A DNA stretch of 64,000 nt from Thecamonas trahens ATCC 50062. Taxonomy: Eukaryota > Protista > Apusomonadida. Where the stretch lies: contig NW_013657672.1 in assembly GCF_000142905.1 (NCBI RefSeq), positions 451,826 to 515,825 on the forward strand, written 5' to 3'. Of the stretch, positions 38,156-48,800 are shown piece by piece. The position numbers and the translations under genes were made by a program. The notes below the pieces were generated by a model. The model was not told the DNA's origin. It did no database searches and saw nothing but the letters and a program-made list of their open reading frames with translations. Within the stretch, counting starts at the first letter, position 1, and each line of letters begins with the position of its first letter.

Positions 38156-39667
38156 TCATGGATGAGACATGCGCTCAGAGGTCGGGGAGGCGATTCTGCG
38201 GATGGAGAGGTCACTGGGGAGCGAGAGGCCGGCGCCGGGCGCGTCCCAGCCGAGAAGCATAGCCTCTTCATCAACACTACCGACGACGCGCGCGACGGGC
38301 TCGCAGTGAGCAAGGTCGCGGCCGTGGGTGTGGAGCCGGACAAGGGCCTGGATGAGAGCGCCGGAGGCGAGCGGTGGCGCCGGCGCGAGGCAGTACCCGG
38401 CGCGAGCATGCGACGTGCCCTGTGTGATGAGGGTGTAAATCACCTGTGAGAGCGTGGCCTGGATGAGCGGGAGCTGATCGTGGAGCGGATGGTCGGCTGG
38501 CACGCTGGTGAGCCCTTGGCCGCGAAGAACGCCAAAGACCACGCCGGTCACTCCCTGGAAGAGCACTGTTTCACACAGCTTCCAGTCTGAAAACGCTGTG
38601 ACAAACATCGAGGCCATGACCGGGACCATGGTGATGACGATAAAGTACTCGGCGACGGCGGCGAGGACGGTGGTCTCTGCAGTGTCTGGATCGGCGACGT
38701 CTGGGTCTGCAGCGTCTGGGTCTGGGTCTGTAGCGTCGCTGGCAGCAGCGTGCGCGTTGTAGATGGCGGCGAGCGCGGCTTTGACCTCGGGTGGAAACTG
38801 GTTGCAGCTATCCTGGAGAACGCCGAGTGCGCGGCGGAGAATGTAGGCAAAGGTCTCGGCAAACTCGAGCGAGCGGAACATGGCGTCGCCTTGGGCCATG
38901 CACGCCCGCATCTCGTCGTCGGTCTTGCCGAGGGTAGCGACCCGATCGTTGCGGAGCTCGCGTGCCAGCGGCGCAAAGTGCGCCTCAATGTGGTCAGCCA
39001 CCGCTGGTGAGGCAGTGACGTAGAACACAAAGTGCAGCGCACGGAGAACAGTGGTCTGGGGGAGGAGCGTCGGCTCGTCGACAAGCAGCCGCTGCGCCAG
39101 CGCCGCGAGCCACGCCACATGCAGGCCACGCATGGACAACGCATACGTCAGCGACATCAGCACATCACGAATGGTCGGCACGCCCTGCCCTGCTTGACTC
39201 AGCCACGCCACTGCGTACTCGGAGGCAAAGGCGAGAGCATCGGCGTCGGCCACGCCGCCGAGCTCTGGCGGGACGCACAGCATGCGGGCGATAGGAAAGA
39301 GCCCTCGAGTACCGATCCGGGCACGTAGCCGCTCACGCCACGTCGCCCGTGACGGACCCGGGCCCAGGCCGCCACAGGCCGCGTCATCAAAGCCAAAGCG
39401 CGAGCCGTAGGCCACCCGCCACACGTAGTCGTCGTCGAGCAGAGCCGCCAGAGCCTTTGAGGTACATGCCAGAGCGCCCAGATCACGGATGTCAACAAAG
39501 GAGAGGACCAGATGCTGCAACTCTGCCGGAAAGGCATTCCACAGTTCCCATGCAAAGACCTGGTCCTCCATCACCTCCACCTCCCCCGTCTCCATGATGG
39601 CCACCCCGTCGAGGGCAACCTTGTCCCGTTCCCCTCTCCTTGCTGATGATGATCGCGCATTACCCAT
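38156..39667 (-). CDS. F-box protein with possible N-myristoylation and a degenerate RasGAP-like helical domain
   Basis: MGNARS start; F-box LWNAFPAELQHLVLSFVDIRDLGALACTSK..DDYVWR; downstream LQDSCNQFPPEVKAAL. Confidence 0.75.
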   Translation of the reverse strand: MGNARSSSARRGERDKVALDGVAIMETGEVEVMEDQVFAWELWNAFPAELQHLVLSFVDIRDLGALACTSKALAALLDDDYVWRVAYGSRFGFDDAACGGLGPGPSRATWRERLRARIGTRGLFPIARMLCVPPELGGVADADALAFASEYAVAWLSQAGQGVPTIRDVLMSLTYALSMRGLHVAWLAALAQRLLVDEPTLLPQTTVLRALHFVFYVTASPAVADHIEAHFAPLARELRNDRVATLGKTDDEMRACMAQGDAMFRSLEFAETFAYILRRALGVLQDSCNQFPPEVKAALAAIYNAHAAASDATDPDPDAADPDVADPDTAETTVLAAVAEYFIVITMVPVMASMFVTAFSDWKLCETVLFQGVTGVVFGVLRGQGLTSVPADHPLHDQLPLIQATLSQVIYTLITQGTSHARAGYCLAPAPPLASGALIQALVRLHTHGRDLAHCEPVARVVGSVDEEAMLLGWDAPGAGLSLPSDLSIRRIASPTSERMSHP

Positions 39668-39952
39668 GACAACGACCTCTGTTCACACGCACACTCTTCC
39701 TCTTCCTCTTCCTCTTCACTCTCTTTCTCGCTCTAGCCCTTGCTCTCCTTTCCCCCTGTCTGGTGGGGGTGAGGTGGCCGTGTCGGTGTCGGTGTCGGTG
39801 TCGGTGTCCCCCCCCTGTCGCCCAACATGGCACCCCCCCCTTCCTCCCCCCCCCCCTTCCCCACTCATACTCACACCTCACACACTCAACTCCAATCCCA
39901 CCTGTGGTAGTCTGGGCGGTGTGGTGTGTAGTAGAGTCACTCGTGAGCAGAC

Positions 39953-40221
39953 ATGGTATGTGTGTTGGGAGGGGGGGGTTGGGGGGGGGAGGGGGGAGGG
40001 GACTGGTCCGCACCTGCCGTTGGTGGAGGGTATGGCCAGGGGCATAGGCAGGGGCAAAGCGAGGGCAGGGGCAGAGTAGGGGCAGGAGAAGGGGCATGTG
40101 CAGGGACAGGAGAAGAAGAAGAGATGCTCACTCACTGCTCGGAATGGGGTTGATGGTGTTTGATGTGGTTCGATGGGTGGTGGTGCGGCTGTGGTGCGGC
40201 TGCGGTGCGGCTGTGGTGCGC

Positions 40222-40285
<64 letters not shown>

Positions 40286-40871
40286 GGGGGAATGGGAATG
40301 CGGCGATGGATGGCTATCATCGTCGTCATTTTCATCGTCGTCATCTCCCACCCTCTGCTGGCTTCCTCTGCTGGCTTCCTCTGCCCGGGTTTAGGCCATC
40401 ACTCTCTCGGTCCTCGAGACAGAGATCGAGAACCGCATCCAGACAGGGAACCTGTACTCGCTGGCAGAGTGCAAGGGCATCCTCGCGTCGCTGCTGAAGC
40501 AGATCGCTGAAGAGGCCCAGCGCGACTTTCGCCAGCTGCTGCTGCTCGACGAGCGCCAGCCCAAGCTGCAGCCAGGTGAGGAGCCCATCTCCACCATGGC
40601 GTCGTCGTCTGCCGCCGCCCTCGCCTCCATCTTTGACATCCAGACCGCCATGGAGTACACCGGCGCAGACGCTCGCCAGCGACTGCACGCCCTCAAGTCG
40701 GACGTCCATCTCTCTATCCTCAAAATCATCCACATCGCCCAAGAGCAAGCTAAAGAGCGCCTCAAGCTCATCCACCGCATGATCGGCTCCATCCCGCCCT
40801 CGGACGCCTCGCCCGATGCCGGCAACCGCTCTGCCCGCCGCTCCAAGTCCAACAAGCAGGTCATGTTCTAA
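39953..40871 (+). CDS. Orphan helical protein (about 159 aa) with an ATG-only first coding exon
   Basis: ATG|GTATGT at 39953-39961; acceptor TTTAG at 40394; exon 2 AITLSVLETEIENRIQTG...KQVMF with strong coding bias. Confidence 0.65.
40221..40285. repeat. (GTT)n microsatellite in an intron
   Basis: About 21 copies visible. Confidence 0.95.
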
Positions 40872-40887
40872 CTCCCCTCCCCCCCCC

Positions 40888-41251
40888 NNNNNNNNNNNNN
40901 NNNNNNNNNNNNNNNNNNNNNNNNNNNNNNNNNNNNNNNNNNNNNNNNNNNNNNNNNNNNNNNNNNNNNNNNNNNNNNNNNNNNNNNNNNNNNNNNNNNN
41001 NNNNNNNNNNNNNNNNNNNNNNNNNNNNNNNNNNNNNNNNNNNNNNNNNNNNNNNNNNNNNNNNNNNNNNNNNNNNNNNNNNNNNNNNNNNNNNNNNNNN
41101 NNNNNNNNNNNNNNNNNNNNNNNNNNNNNNNNNNNNNNNNNNNNNNNNNNNNNNNNNNNNNNNNNNNNNNNNNNNNNNNNNNNNNNNNNNNNNNNNNNNN
41201 NNNNNNNNNNNNNNNNNNNNNNNNNNNNNNNNNNNNNNNNNNNNNNNNNNN
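40888..41251. other. Assembly gap (N run); further gaps at 55162-55261 and 59553-59792
   Basis: N characters. Confidence 1.
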
Positions 41252-41385
41252 AAAGGAGGAGGACCCAGATGCTGCTACTCTGCCAGGAATGACATACACC
41301 AGTTCACATTGTATAGTCTCTGCTCCCCCTCACCTCCACTCCCTTCCCACTGCCTCCTCACACGTCACGTCACGCATGCTCGGGA

Positions 41386-42147
41386 GTGACAGCGATCGTT
41401 GCTGACGGCTTTGCTGCGTCGGCCATCTTTGAGCAGCTCGCTGGCCAGCTGCCTCGCCCGGACATTGTGGGCAAGGTCAAGGGCGTGTACCTGTTCAACC
41501 TCAAGGCTGGCAAGACCAAGCAGGCGTGGACGGTCGATCTCAAGAACGGCGGCGGATCGGTGGCCAAAGGCAAGGTCGGCAAGGCAGACTGCACCATCTC
41601 CATGTCTGACGCCGACTTTGTTGATCTCATGGCCGGCAAGCTCGACGGAACCGAGGCGTACATGGCCGGCAAGCTCCGCCTCAAGGGCGACATGGGCCTT
41701 GCCATGAAGCTCACCGTTCTTCAGACCGAGGCCAAGAAGGCCCACGCCGCCGGCCCGTCCGCCGCTGCTTCATCTTCGGCCGCTTCGTCGCTCGCCGCCG
41801 ATGGCTTCCAGGCCGGTGCGGTCTTTGACGAGCTTGCGTCACGGCTGGCGTCGTCACCCGAGCTGGTCAGCAAGATCAAGGGCGTGTTCCTCTTCAACCT
41901 CAAGGCCGGCAAGGTCAAGCAGGCTTGGACCGTCGACCTCAAGAACGGCGCCGGCTCCATCGTCAAGGGCAAGGCCGGCAAGGCCGATTGCACTGTCACC
42001 ATGTCTGACGCCGACTTTATCGATCTTATGACCGGCAAGCTCGACGGGACTCAGGCGTACATGGCCGGCAAGCTCCGCCTCAAGGGCGACATGGGCCTCG
42101 CCATGAAACTCTCGCTCCTCGGCGACGCCAACAAGTCCAAGCTGTAG
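41386..42147 (+). CDS. Peroxisomal protein with two tandem SCP2 sterol-carrier domains
   Basis: Two copies of KGVxLFNLK..WTVDLKNG.G....KADCT.xMSDADF.DLM.GKL..AYMAGKLRLKGDMGLAMKL; C-terminal SKL (PTS1). The 5' end is unresolved next to an N-gap. Confidence 0.9.
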   Translation: MTAIVADGFAASAIFEQLAGQLPRPDIVGKVKGVYLFNLKAGKTKQAWTVDLKNGGGSVAKGKVGKADCTISMSDADFVDLMAGKLDGTEAYMAGKLRLKGDMGLAMKLTVLQTEAKKAHAAGPSAAASSSAASSLAADGFQAGAVFDELASRLASSPELVSKIKGVFLFNLKAGKVKQAWTVDLKNGAGSIVKGKAGKADCTVTMSDADFIDLMTGKLDGTQAYMAGKLRLKGDMGLAMKLSLLGDANKSKL

Positions 42148-42193
42148 CACCTCTCTGTCAAACAACATGATTGCATCCTATCCTGGCGCGTCT

Positions 42194-44908
42194 TCATTCA
42201 GCCTTGGCCTCGCCAGTCACCCCTTCTTCGACGACGGCCTCCTCGCCCGGCGCCGTGCCCCGGAACCGCGGCTTGCCGAGCGTGACCGCCACACCGTGCC
42301 GGATTGCGTCGCGAAGGTGGTGCCGGAACCGCCGCCGGGTCCATCGCGCCTGCCGCGCCGCCTCGTCGAGGCACATTCGCACCATGTACGAGAGCACGTC
42401 AAAGGTGACCTGCTGCCCGCGCACCAGCAGCTCCGGCCCGCACACCGAGACTGCCGCTGCGTCGTAGTAGTCGCGCCGAAGCTGCGCCGACGCACACTCG
42501 GCCAGCGCCCGCCGCGCGAGCACTCCAGGCGCGTTCTCTAGCATTACATGCGGCGGAACGAGAGCCTGCGGCCAGGTAGCCATTGCTGCTGCCGCCGCGG
42601 CGCACTGCATCGCCTGGCGGAGCATGACATCGGCGTGGGCGGGCTCCGGCATGCCTGTCGCCGGTACCCGATCTGCCCACGAGCCCACTGCTGCCAACCG
42701 TGCAAGCGCTCCAGCTGTGGTCGTGTCTGGCGGCGCAATGGCCTCGACGTAGCTTGCGGTCACCGTCTCCAGCTTGGTCGCGCCGCCTGCACCGACGACC
42801 TCGCTCGCTGCCGCGCGCTCCCACAGCGGGACCGCCACAACGTGGCCAGCGTTCGGCCCGCACGAGCACGCTGTGTGCTGGATCCAGAACTGCAGCTGCT
42901 GCAGGCATGCCCGCACGTCACATCCGCACGACTCGACAAGCAACTCGACGTCGCGGCGAAGGAGCGTGACCCCAGCCATCAGCGCAATGAGCTGGAGATG
43001 CAGCGCCAGCGACGGGACCCGAACCTGCTCCATGGCGAGCGTGTGATACGAGCACCGCAGGCCGTCCATCTCGGGCGGCACAGCGTTGCAAGTCAGCAGA
43101 ATCGGCTGCTTCGATTGCGTCACCAGCGTGTCGAGTGCCGTCCAGAACCCGCGGTCGTCGTCAAAGAGCACGTCGACCTCTTCAAAGAGCAGGATGGTCT
43201 TGACCGGCGGCTCCCGCTTGGGTGCGGCTGCCGGCTTGACCGGCTTGGCGACCGGCGCGCCGCCAAAGAACGGCGCCAGCGGCGAGCTTCCGGTCGATGC
43301 TGGCGTCGGCGACGGCGTTGCTCGCGCGCCAAACAGCGAGTGCGACCGCGTCGCCTCGCCGAACCTCGAGAGGATCTTGTGGCCCGACCGCAGTTCGCCC
43401 GGCCCGACCTCAATGACTCGGTACCCGAGCTTGGCCGCCAGCGAGTACACCACCTGGGTCTTTCCCGTTCCCAGCGCGCCCTGAAGAACGAGGACATCAG
43501 CGGTGGTCAGCTCCATCATTGCCCGCTCGAGCTCGTCCACGTCCGGCGACGCCGGCGACCACATCCCGTACAGCTGGTCCAGCTGCATCCGCTTAAACGT
43601 GCGCCGCGACTTGTCCTGCTTCCGCTGCCGCCGCTTGAGATTGGCCCAGTCGACGAGCCAGCTCTCAACGAGCTGTGCAACCTCGTCGGCGCACAGTGCC
43701 GCGCCCAGTGCCGCCGGCGTGTAGACGTCGACCCACTGCGCGTTGACCGCCCCAGCCTCGGCCGCTCCGCGATACATGGCTACGTACGACGCCATCTCCC
43801 GCGGGTCGACGTCGTACTCAACACACAGCGTGTCGATGACTGCAGCCATGTCCACGCACATCTCGCCGCTGCCGTTGTCGTCATCGTCGTCGGACACCAG
43901 GTCCAGCACTCGGGCATTGCCGCGCCAAGTAGCTCCTTCTGACAGGCTGCTGACAAACCTGGCCTGAGCCGCCCGCGCCACCGCCACACTCGGTACCTCG
44001 ACCATGTCGGGAATAGCCGGCATGCCGGCCATGGCCGGACTTGGTGCGATTCGCGAGGCGTCCGGCTCCAGCTGCCGCACGTGGTTGGCAGGGCCGGCCG
44101 GCCACGGCGCGAGCGGCAGCGCCTCTAGCTCGGCTGGCGAGTAGCACGCGACCCGTCCAGGGACGGCGCTGCCAGGCTGCGGCTTCTGGGTAAAGACGGC
44201 GGCTATTGCGGTTGTTGCACCAAACGCCGAGTTGATATGCGCCACATCCTCGGCGTACCGCGCCTTTGCCTTGCGCAGCGCCCGCTGCTGATCCCGCAGC
44301 TTCTTGGCCTTGCGCTGCGCCGGAGTGAGGAAGAACGCGGCAGGCGACGGCGGCCCGCTGCTTGTCCCCACCTCGTCGTCCTCAGAACTGCCGGTCGTCT
44401 CCTCATCGACAACGCTGTCAGTGCCACCGCCCCCAGCGGGCAGCGACATGCGCTCTGCACTGGCCTTGCCACTTCCGCCGATAAAGGCGGTGAGCTTGGG
44501 CTGATGCGATGAGCCCAGCGCCTTGTTCCGTTTGCTCACCTCGTCGGCCTCGATCTCAAAGGCCAGCGTCCGCTTCCGCTTCCGCTTCTGCTTCGGACCC
44601 GATTTGGCCCGCGACCGACGCGAGGAAGCAAGGACCAGCGGGCTCTCCTCGACGACCACCACATCCGACTCTGACGAGAGCGCAATGACCGGTGTCGGCG
44701 ACGAGCCGATGACCACTACGCCAGAAGTGAGGGCACCCGAGCCAGCCACCGAGTCTTGAACGATCGGATGTAAGGGAGATGACGTAGGCGATGAGTCTCC
44801 ATGCTCAACAGTCTGCGAAGAGCCACCAGGGGAAGAGCTCGGCTTGTTGTCCATGTCTGATGGTGTAGATGAGCTGGCCATGAGTGAGGCAAAGGCGCAC
44901 CGTGGCAT
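42194..44908 (-). CDS. ATAD5: ELG1/ATAD5 alternative RFC large subunit (PCNA unloader)
   Basis: QWVDVYTP; Walker A GALGTGKT; VIEV..RSGHKIL..EATRSH; ILLFEEVDVLFDDDRGFW..SKQPILLTCN; CDVRACLQQLQFW. Start is uncertain. Confidence 0.85.
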   Translation of the reverse strand: MPRCAFASLMASSSTPSDMDNKPSSSPGGSSQTVEHGDSSPTSSPLHPIVQDSVAGSGALTSGVVVIGSSPTPVIALSSESDVVVVEESPLVLASSRRSRAKSGPKQKRKRKRTLAFEIEADEVSKRNKALGSSHQPKLTAFIGGSGKASAERMSLPAGGGGTDSVVDEETTGSSEDDEVGTSSGPPSPAAFFLTPAQRKAKKLRDQQRALRKAKARYAEDVAHINSAFGATTAIAAVFTQKPQPGSAVPGRVACYSPAELEALPLAPWPAGPANHVRQLEPDASRIAPSPAMAGMPAIPDMVEVPSVAVARAAQARFVSSLSEGATWRGNARVLDLVSDDDDDNGSGEMCVDMAAVIDTLCVEYDVDPREMASYVAMYRGAAEAGAVNAQWVDVYTPAALGAALCADEVAQLVESWLVDWANLKRRQRKQDKSRRTFKRMQLDQLYGMWSPASPDVDELERAMMELTTADVLVLQGALGTGKTQVVYSLAAKLGYRVIEVGPGELRSGHKILSRFGEATRSHSLFGARATPSPTPASTGSSPLAPFFGGAPVAKPVKPAAAPKREPPVKTILLFEEVDVLFDDDRGFWTALDTLVTQSKQPILLTCNAVPPEMDGLRCSYHTLAMEQVRVPSLALHLQLIALMAGVTLLRRDVELLVESCGCDVRACLQQLQFWIQHTACSCGPNAGHVVAVPLWERAAASEVVGAGGATKLETVTASYVEAIAPPDTTTAGALARLAAVGSWADRVPATGMPEPAHADVMLRQAMQCAAAAAAMATWPQALVPPHVMLENAPGVLARRALAECASAQLRRDYYDAAAVSVCGPELLVRGQQVTFDVLSYMVRMCLDEAARQARWTRRRFRHHLRDAIRHGVAVTLGKPRFRGTAPGEEAVVEEGVTGEAKAE

Positions 44909-44992
44909 GATTCTACCCCCGTCTTGCTCAAGTCCAGCTTGACGCAATAAGCCTCCTCCTTGCCCTATACGTATGAGTATACACAGACAGTG

Positions 44993-45025
<33 letters not shown>

Positions 45026-45751
45026 CTCTCTCTCTCTCTGTGCGTGTGTGGCCTTCTCTTCCTCCGTCTCGGTCTTTCCCTCGAGAGGTGTGGCTCCCTT
45101 CATCACTCGCCAACATGGCCTCTTCCGCTCCGGGTGCCATCCGATCTGGGGGCTGATGGGGATGGGAATGATGGAGATTGGAAATCAGAGAGCTCGACAC
45201 TGGAGTGGGCGTTGTGAGGGTATGGTTCAACTTGAATCGCTTGGGTGGGTCGGCTTTGTTATGGCTGTAGTTGCCGGTGGCGGCTTGGGCTGTCTGTGCG
45301 GGACGGCGCGGGATGGTGCAGAATGAATGGAGTACGCTGTCTGTCTCGAGTTGCACCATCGCCACCACGCCAAGTTATGGATCTGTCATGGGTATTCCAT
45401 GGATCTGTAATGATGGTCTTCTTCTGCCTTCTTCGCCGTCTTGCCCATCAGAGCAGACCTTGGCGCGGACGGACGCGCTACCACCGTTCCCACATCGCAC
45501 CGCACTCATCCAACCCAGCGACCACTCTTTCCCGTTCCCCTTTTCTCTGATCAGCACTCTTCCAGCAATGCTCATGCCAGTAATGGGCCCGATTCGCTCC
45601 TAATCAGCCAAAGGATCAGTCGTACGACGAGTGCCCGTCCCATGGCCGAGTGACGCAAACAGCTTTTGGTTCAAGTGAGTTGATTATGAACCGAGGCGAC
45701 CACCGAGTGGCGACAGCGACAGCGACAAGCCACACGTCTCGCAAGAAGGGC

Positions 45752-45832
45752 ATGCCGCGCAGCCGGAGCCAGAAGGACGGAGACCCGTACACCCGCCGTG
45801 GGGGGAAGGTATGTGCGAAGAGGAAGGAGGAG

Positions 45833-45889
<57 letters not shown>

Positions 45890-48800
45890 GGAGGGTGTAG
45901 GGGTGGGGGCCAATGGCGGGAGGGCGGGGAAGGCTTGGATGCTCCCTTGGGCAGGGGGCGGGAAAGGGGAGGGGAGGGGGAGGGGGGGGAAGGGGTATTG
46001 AGTGAGGGAGAGGCAGATGGTATGGAGCCAATGTGGTTGTATGGTGGTATGGAGATGTGCGGTGGTGGTGGGTATTGTCTTTGTGTGGAGCGGATGGGTG
46101 GTGGTGGTGGTGGTGGTAGTGGTGGTGGGCGGGAGGAGGCATTTGGTGAGCGATTTTGCGGGGAGTGGGGCAAGTGGAGGTGGGTATGGCTGAGGAGAAG
46201 GGGACTGACTGACATGGCATGGTGTGGATGGATGGCGGGATATAGGGCTTTCTGGCACATGTGTTTGACTTTATTGGCTCGTCGGTCAAGACCTCTATTG
46301 CTTCGATCACAAGCTCGGAGGAGGCCAATGCTGAGCTGGCGGCGGCGGCGGTGGTGGCGGCCGAGTCTGCGGTCGGCCCGCCGGTAGCGCCGTCAAAGCG
46401 TGCTACTATTCCGGCGGCCAAGGTGTCGCCCGGGCCTACAGTGCCGGGTGTGGTAGCGGTTCAGACGCCGGCTGTGGCCAAGGCTGTGACAGCGCCGGCG
46501 GCCTCGACGGCTGCGCCCATGGTGACCGGGTCGTCGTCGGGCGAAGCTGCGATGGTGGTGGCCAAGGACCCATTCCTGGACGCGCTGCTGGACAAGCATC
46601 TCGATGGAATCACGCCAGAGCAGGCATCGCGGTACTCGCAGATTCTGATGCATTCGGCACAGCGCAACTCGCGCGGCGGCGGAGGCATGGCCTCGTCGTC
46701 GGCTGCAGCAGTGGCTGCGCTGCCGATGGCGACGCCGCTGACGACGACGCCGTTCCGGTTTGGCGCCAACGCCCCGTTTGGGTCGGGCATGCCGTCGACC
46801 ATCAAGCCGAACCGCACGCTGTTCTCCACATCGGGCTTTTCGCTTCTGCCGGAGACGCCGCGCGAGAGCGGTCGCGGGCTGTCGATGGATACGCTGGCCA
46901 GCAACAGCAAGGCCAGTGCTAGAAAGGTTGGGCGCAAGCGGGAGCGGTCGCCGTCGGGCTCGCCCCAGGCCGCGCCTCAGTCGGCCGGCGCTCCGGCGTC
47001 GCAGCCGCTCACCCTTGACGACGTCCGCCACCGGACGGCGATTATTTCCGGATCGCGTCCAGCTAAGCGTGTTCGGCTGATGAACAAGAAAGCTGCGCCG
47101 GGAGGCGACGCCCGGGTCCGCCGCCGTGCCACTGCCGCGCCGGCGTCGTCGACCGCTCGGCACATCCTCAGCACGCTCTCGACGCCGCTCAACGACGCGC
47201 GGCGGTCTGCGCGCGCCAAGCCGCTGGCTCCGACCTCGACTACTTCGCCACTGATCACCCGCCGCCGCGCGCTGCTCCGCCGTCAGTCGTCGCTGCTGGC
47301 CACCAAGTCGGCAGCGTCGCTCAAGCGGACCCGTGACAACACCGACCAGGACGAATCACAGTCGGGTGGCTTCCCGACCCGTTCGCTGCTCGACCTTCCG
47401 AAGCCACGACGCCGGCCACCAAGCGCGCCAAACTCCGCGCCAACGACGTCGACTCTGATGCGGTCCATTCGTTCTCGTCAAAGCAGTTTGCAGCTGAGGC
47501 GAGTGCGGCGCCGACGCAAGCCGCTCCGGCCAAGGCCGAGCCTGCCAAGGCGGCGCCGGCTAAGACCGGCTTTAGCATCTCGAGCATGGCTTCCAAGAAG
47601 AAGCCGGCCAGCTCTGGTTTCTCGATGCCCAAGTCGACCAAGAGCGACGCGGCCAAGCCCAAGTCGTCGGGCGGGCCGTCGTTCTCCATTTCCGCGCTGG
47701 CCAAGAAGCCCAAGCCTGCGGCCGACAAGGCCGGCGCTTCGTCGGACGAGACTTGGAAGTGCATGGCGTGCACGATGGACAACAAGAAGGGCATTGCGGC
47801 GTGTGCCACGTGTACGACGCCGAACCCGGCTGCAAAGAAGAACAAGCTCGCCGGGTGGGGCAAGCCTGCCCCGGCCAAGGCTGCCGACGACAAGGCCGGC
47901 GCTTCGTCGGACGAGACTTGGAAGTGCATGGCGTGCACGATGGACAACAAGAAGGGCATTGCGGCGTGTGCCACGTGTACGACGCCGAACCCGGCTGCAA
48001 AGAAGAACAAGCTCGCCGGGTGGGGCAAGCCTGCCCCGGCCAAGGCTGCCGACGACAAGGCCGGCGCTTCGTCGGACGAGACTTGGAAGTGCATGGCGTG
48101 CACGATGGACAACAAGAAGGGCATTGCGGCGTGTGCCACGTGTACGACGCCGAACCCGGCTGCAAAGAAGAACAAGCTCGCCGGGTGGGGCAAGCCTGCC
48201 CCGGCCAAGGCTGCCGACGACAAGGCCGGCGCTTCGTCGGACGAGACTTGGAAGTGCATGGCGTGCACGATGGACAACAAGAAGGGCATTGCGGCGTGCG
48301 CCACGTGTACGACGCCGAACCCGGCTGCAAAGAAGAACAAGCTCGCCGGGTGGGGCAAGCCTGCTCCGGGCAAGACCGAGAGCAAGACCGAGGACAATGT
48401 CGAGGTCAAGGCGGAGAGCAAGGCCAAGGGCGATGGCTCGATCACGTCCCAGTTTTCGTTCGGCTCCAAGACGGCTCCAAGACGATGACTACTACCTTTG
48501 CTGGGTTCAAGCCGGGCGCTCAGGGCGAAAAGATCAAGGTCGTGGTGGAGGATCGCAAAGGACGACAACGCCGAGTTTGCGCCCAACGCCATGGAGTCGG
48601 AGTCTGACGACGAGGGAAGCTCCAAGTCTGCGCCTAAGGCCAAGTTCTCGTTTGGAGGCATTTCAAGCGCGGCGTCAAAGCTGAAGGCGACCGTGGCCAA
48701 GCACAAGAAGGCCAAGGACGATGCCGAGTCGAGCGGAAGGCACGCCAAGGGCAAGGACGATACTGAGGTCGATCTGCTTGACGAAGTGCCCGACGATCTC

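Noticed and set aside
40096-40394. polyQ/polyL/polyV/polyC/polyT ORFs
   Set aside because: Six-frame translations of an intronic (GTT)n microsatellite.
47720-48370. Regular direct repeats as a possible CRISPR array
   Set aside because: No unique spacers; these are in-frame coding zinc-finger repeats in a eukaryotic gene.
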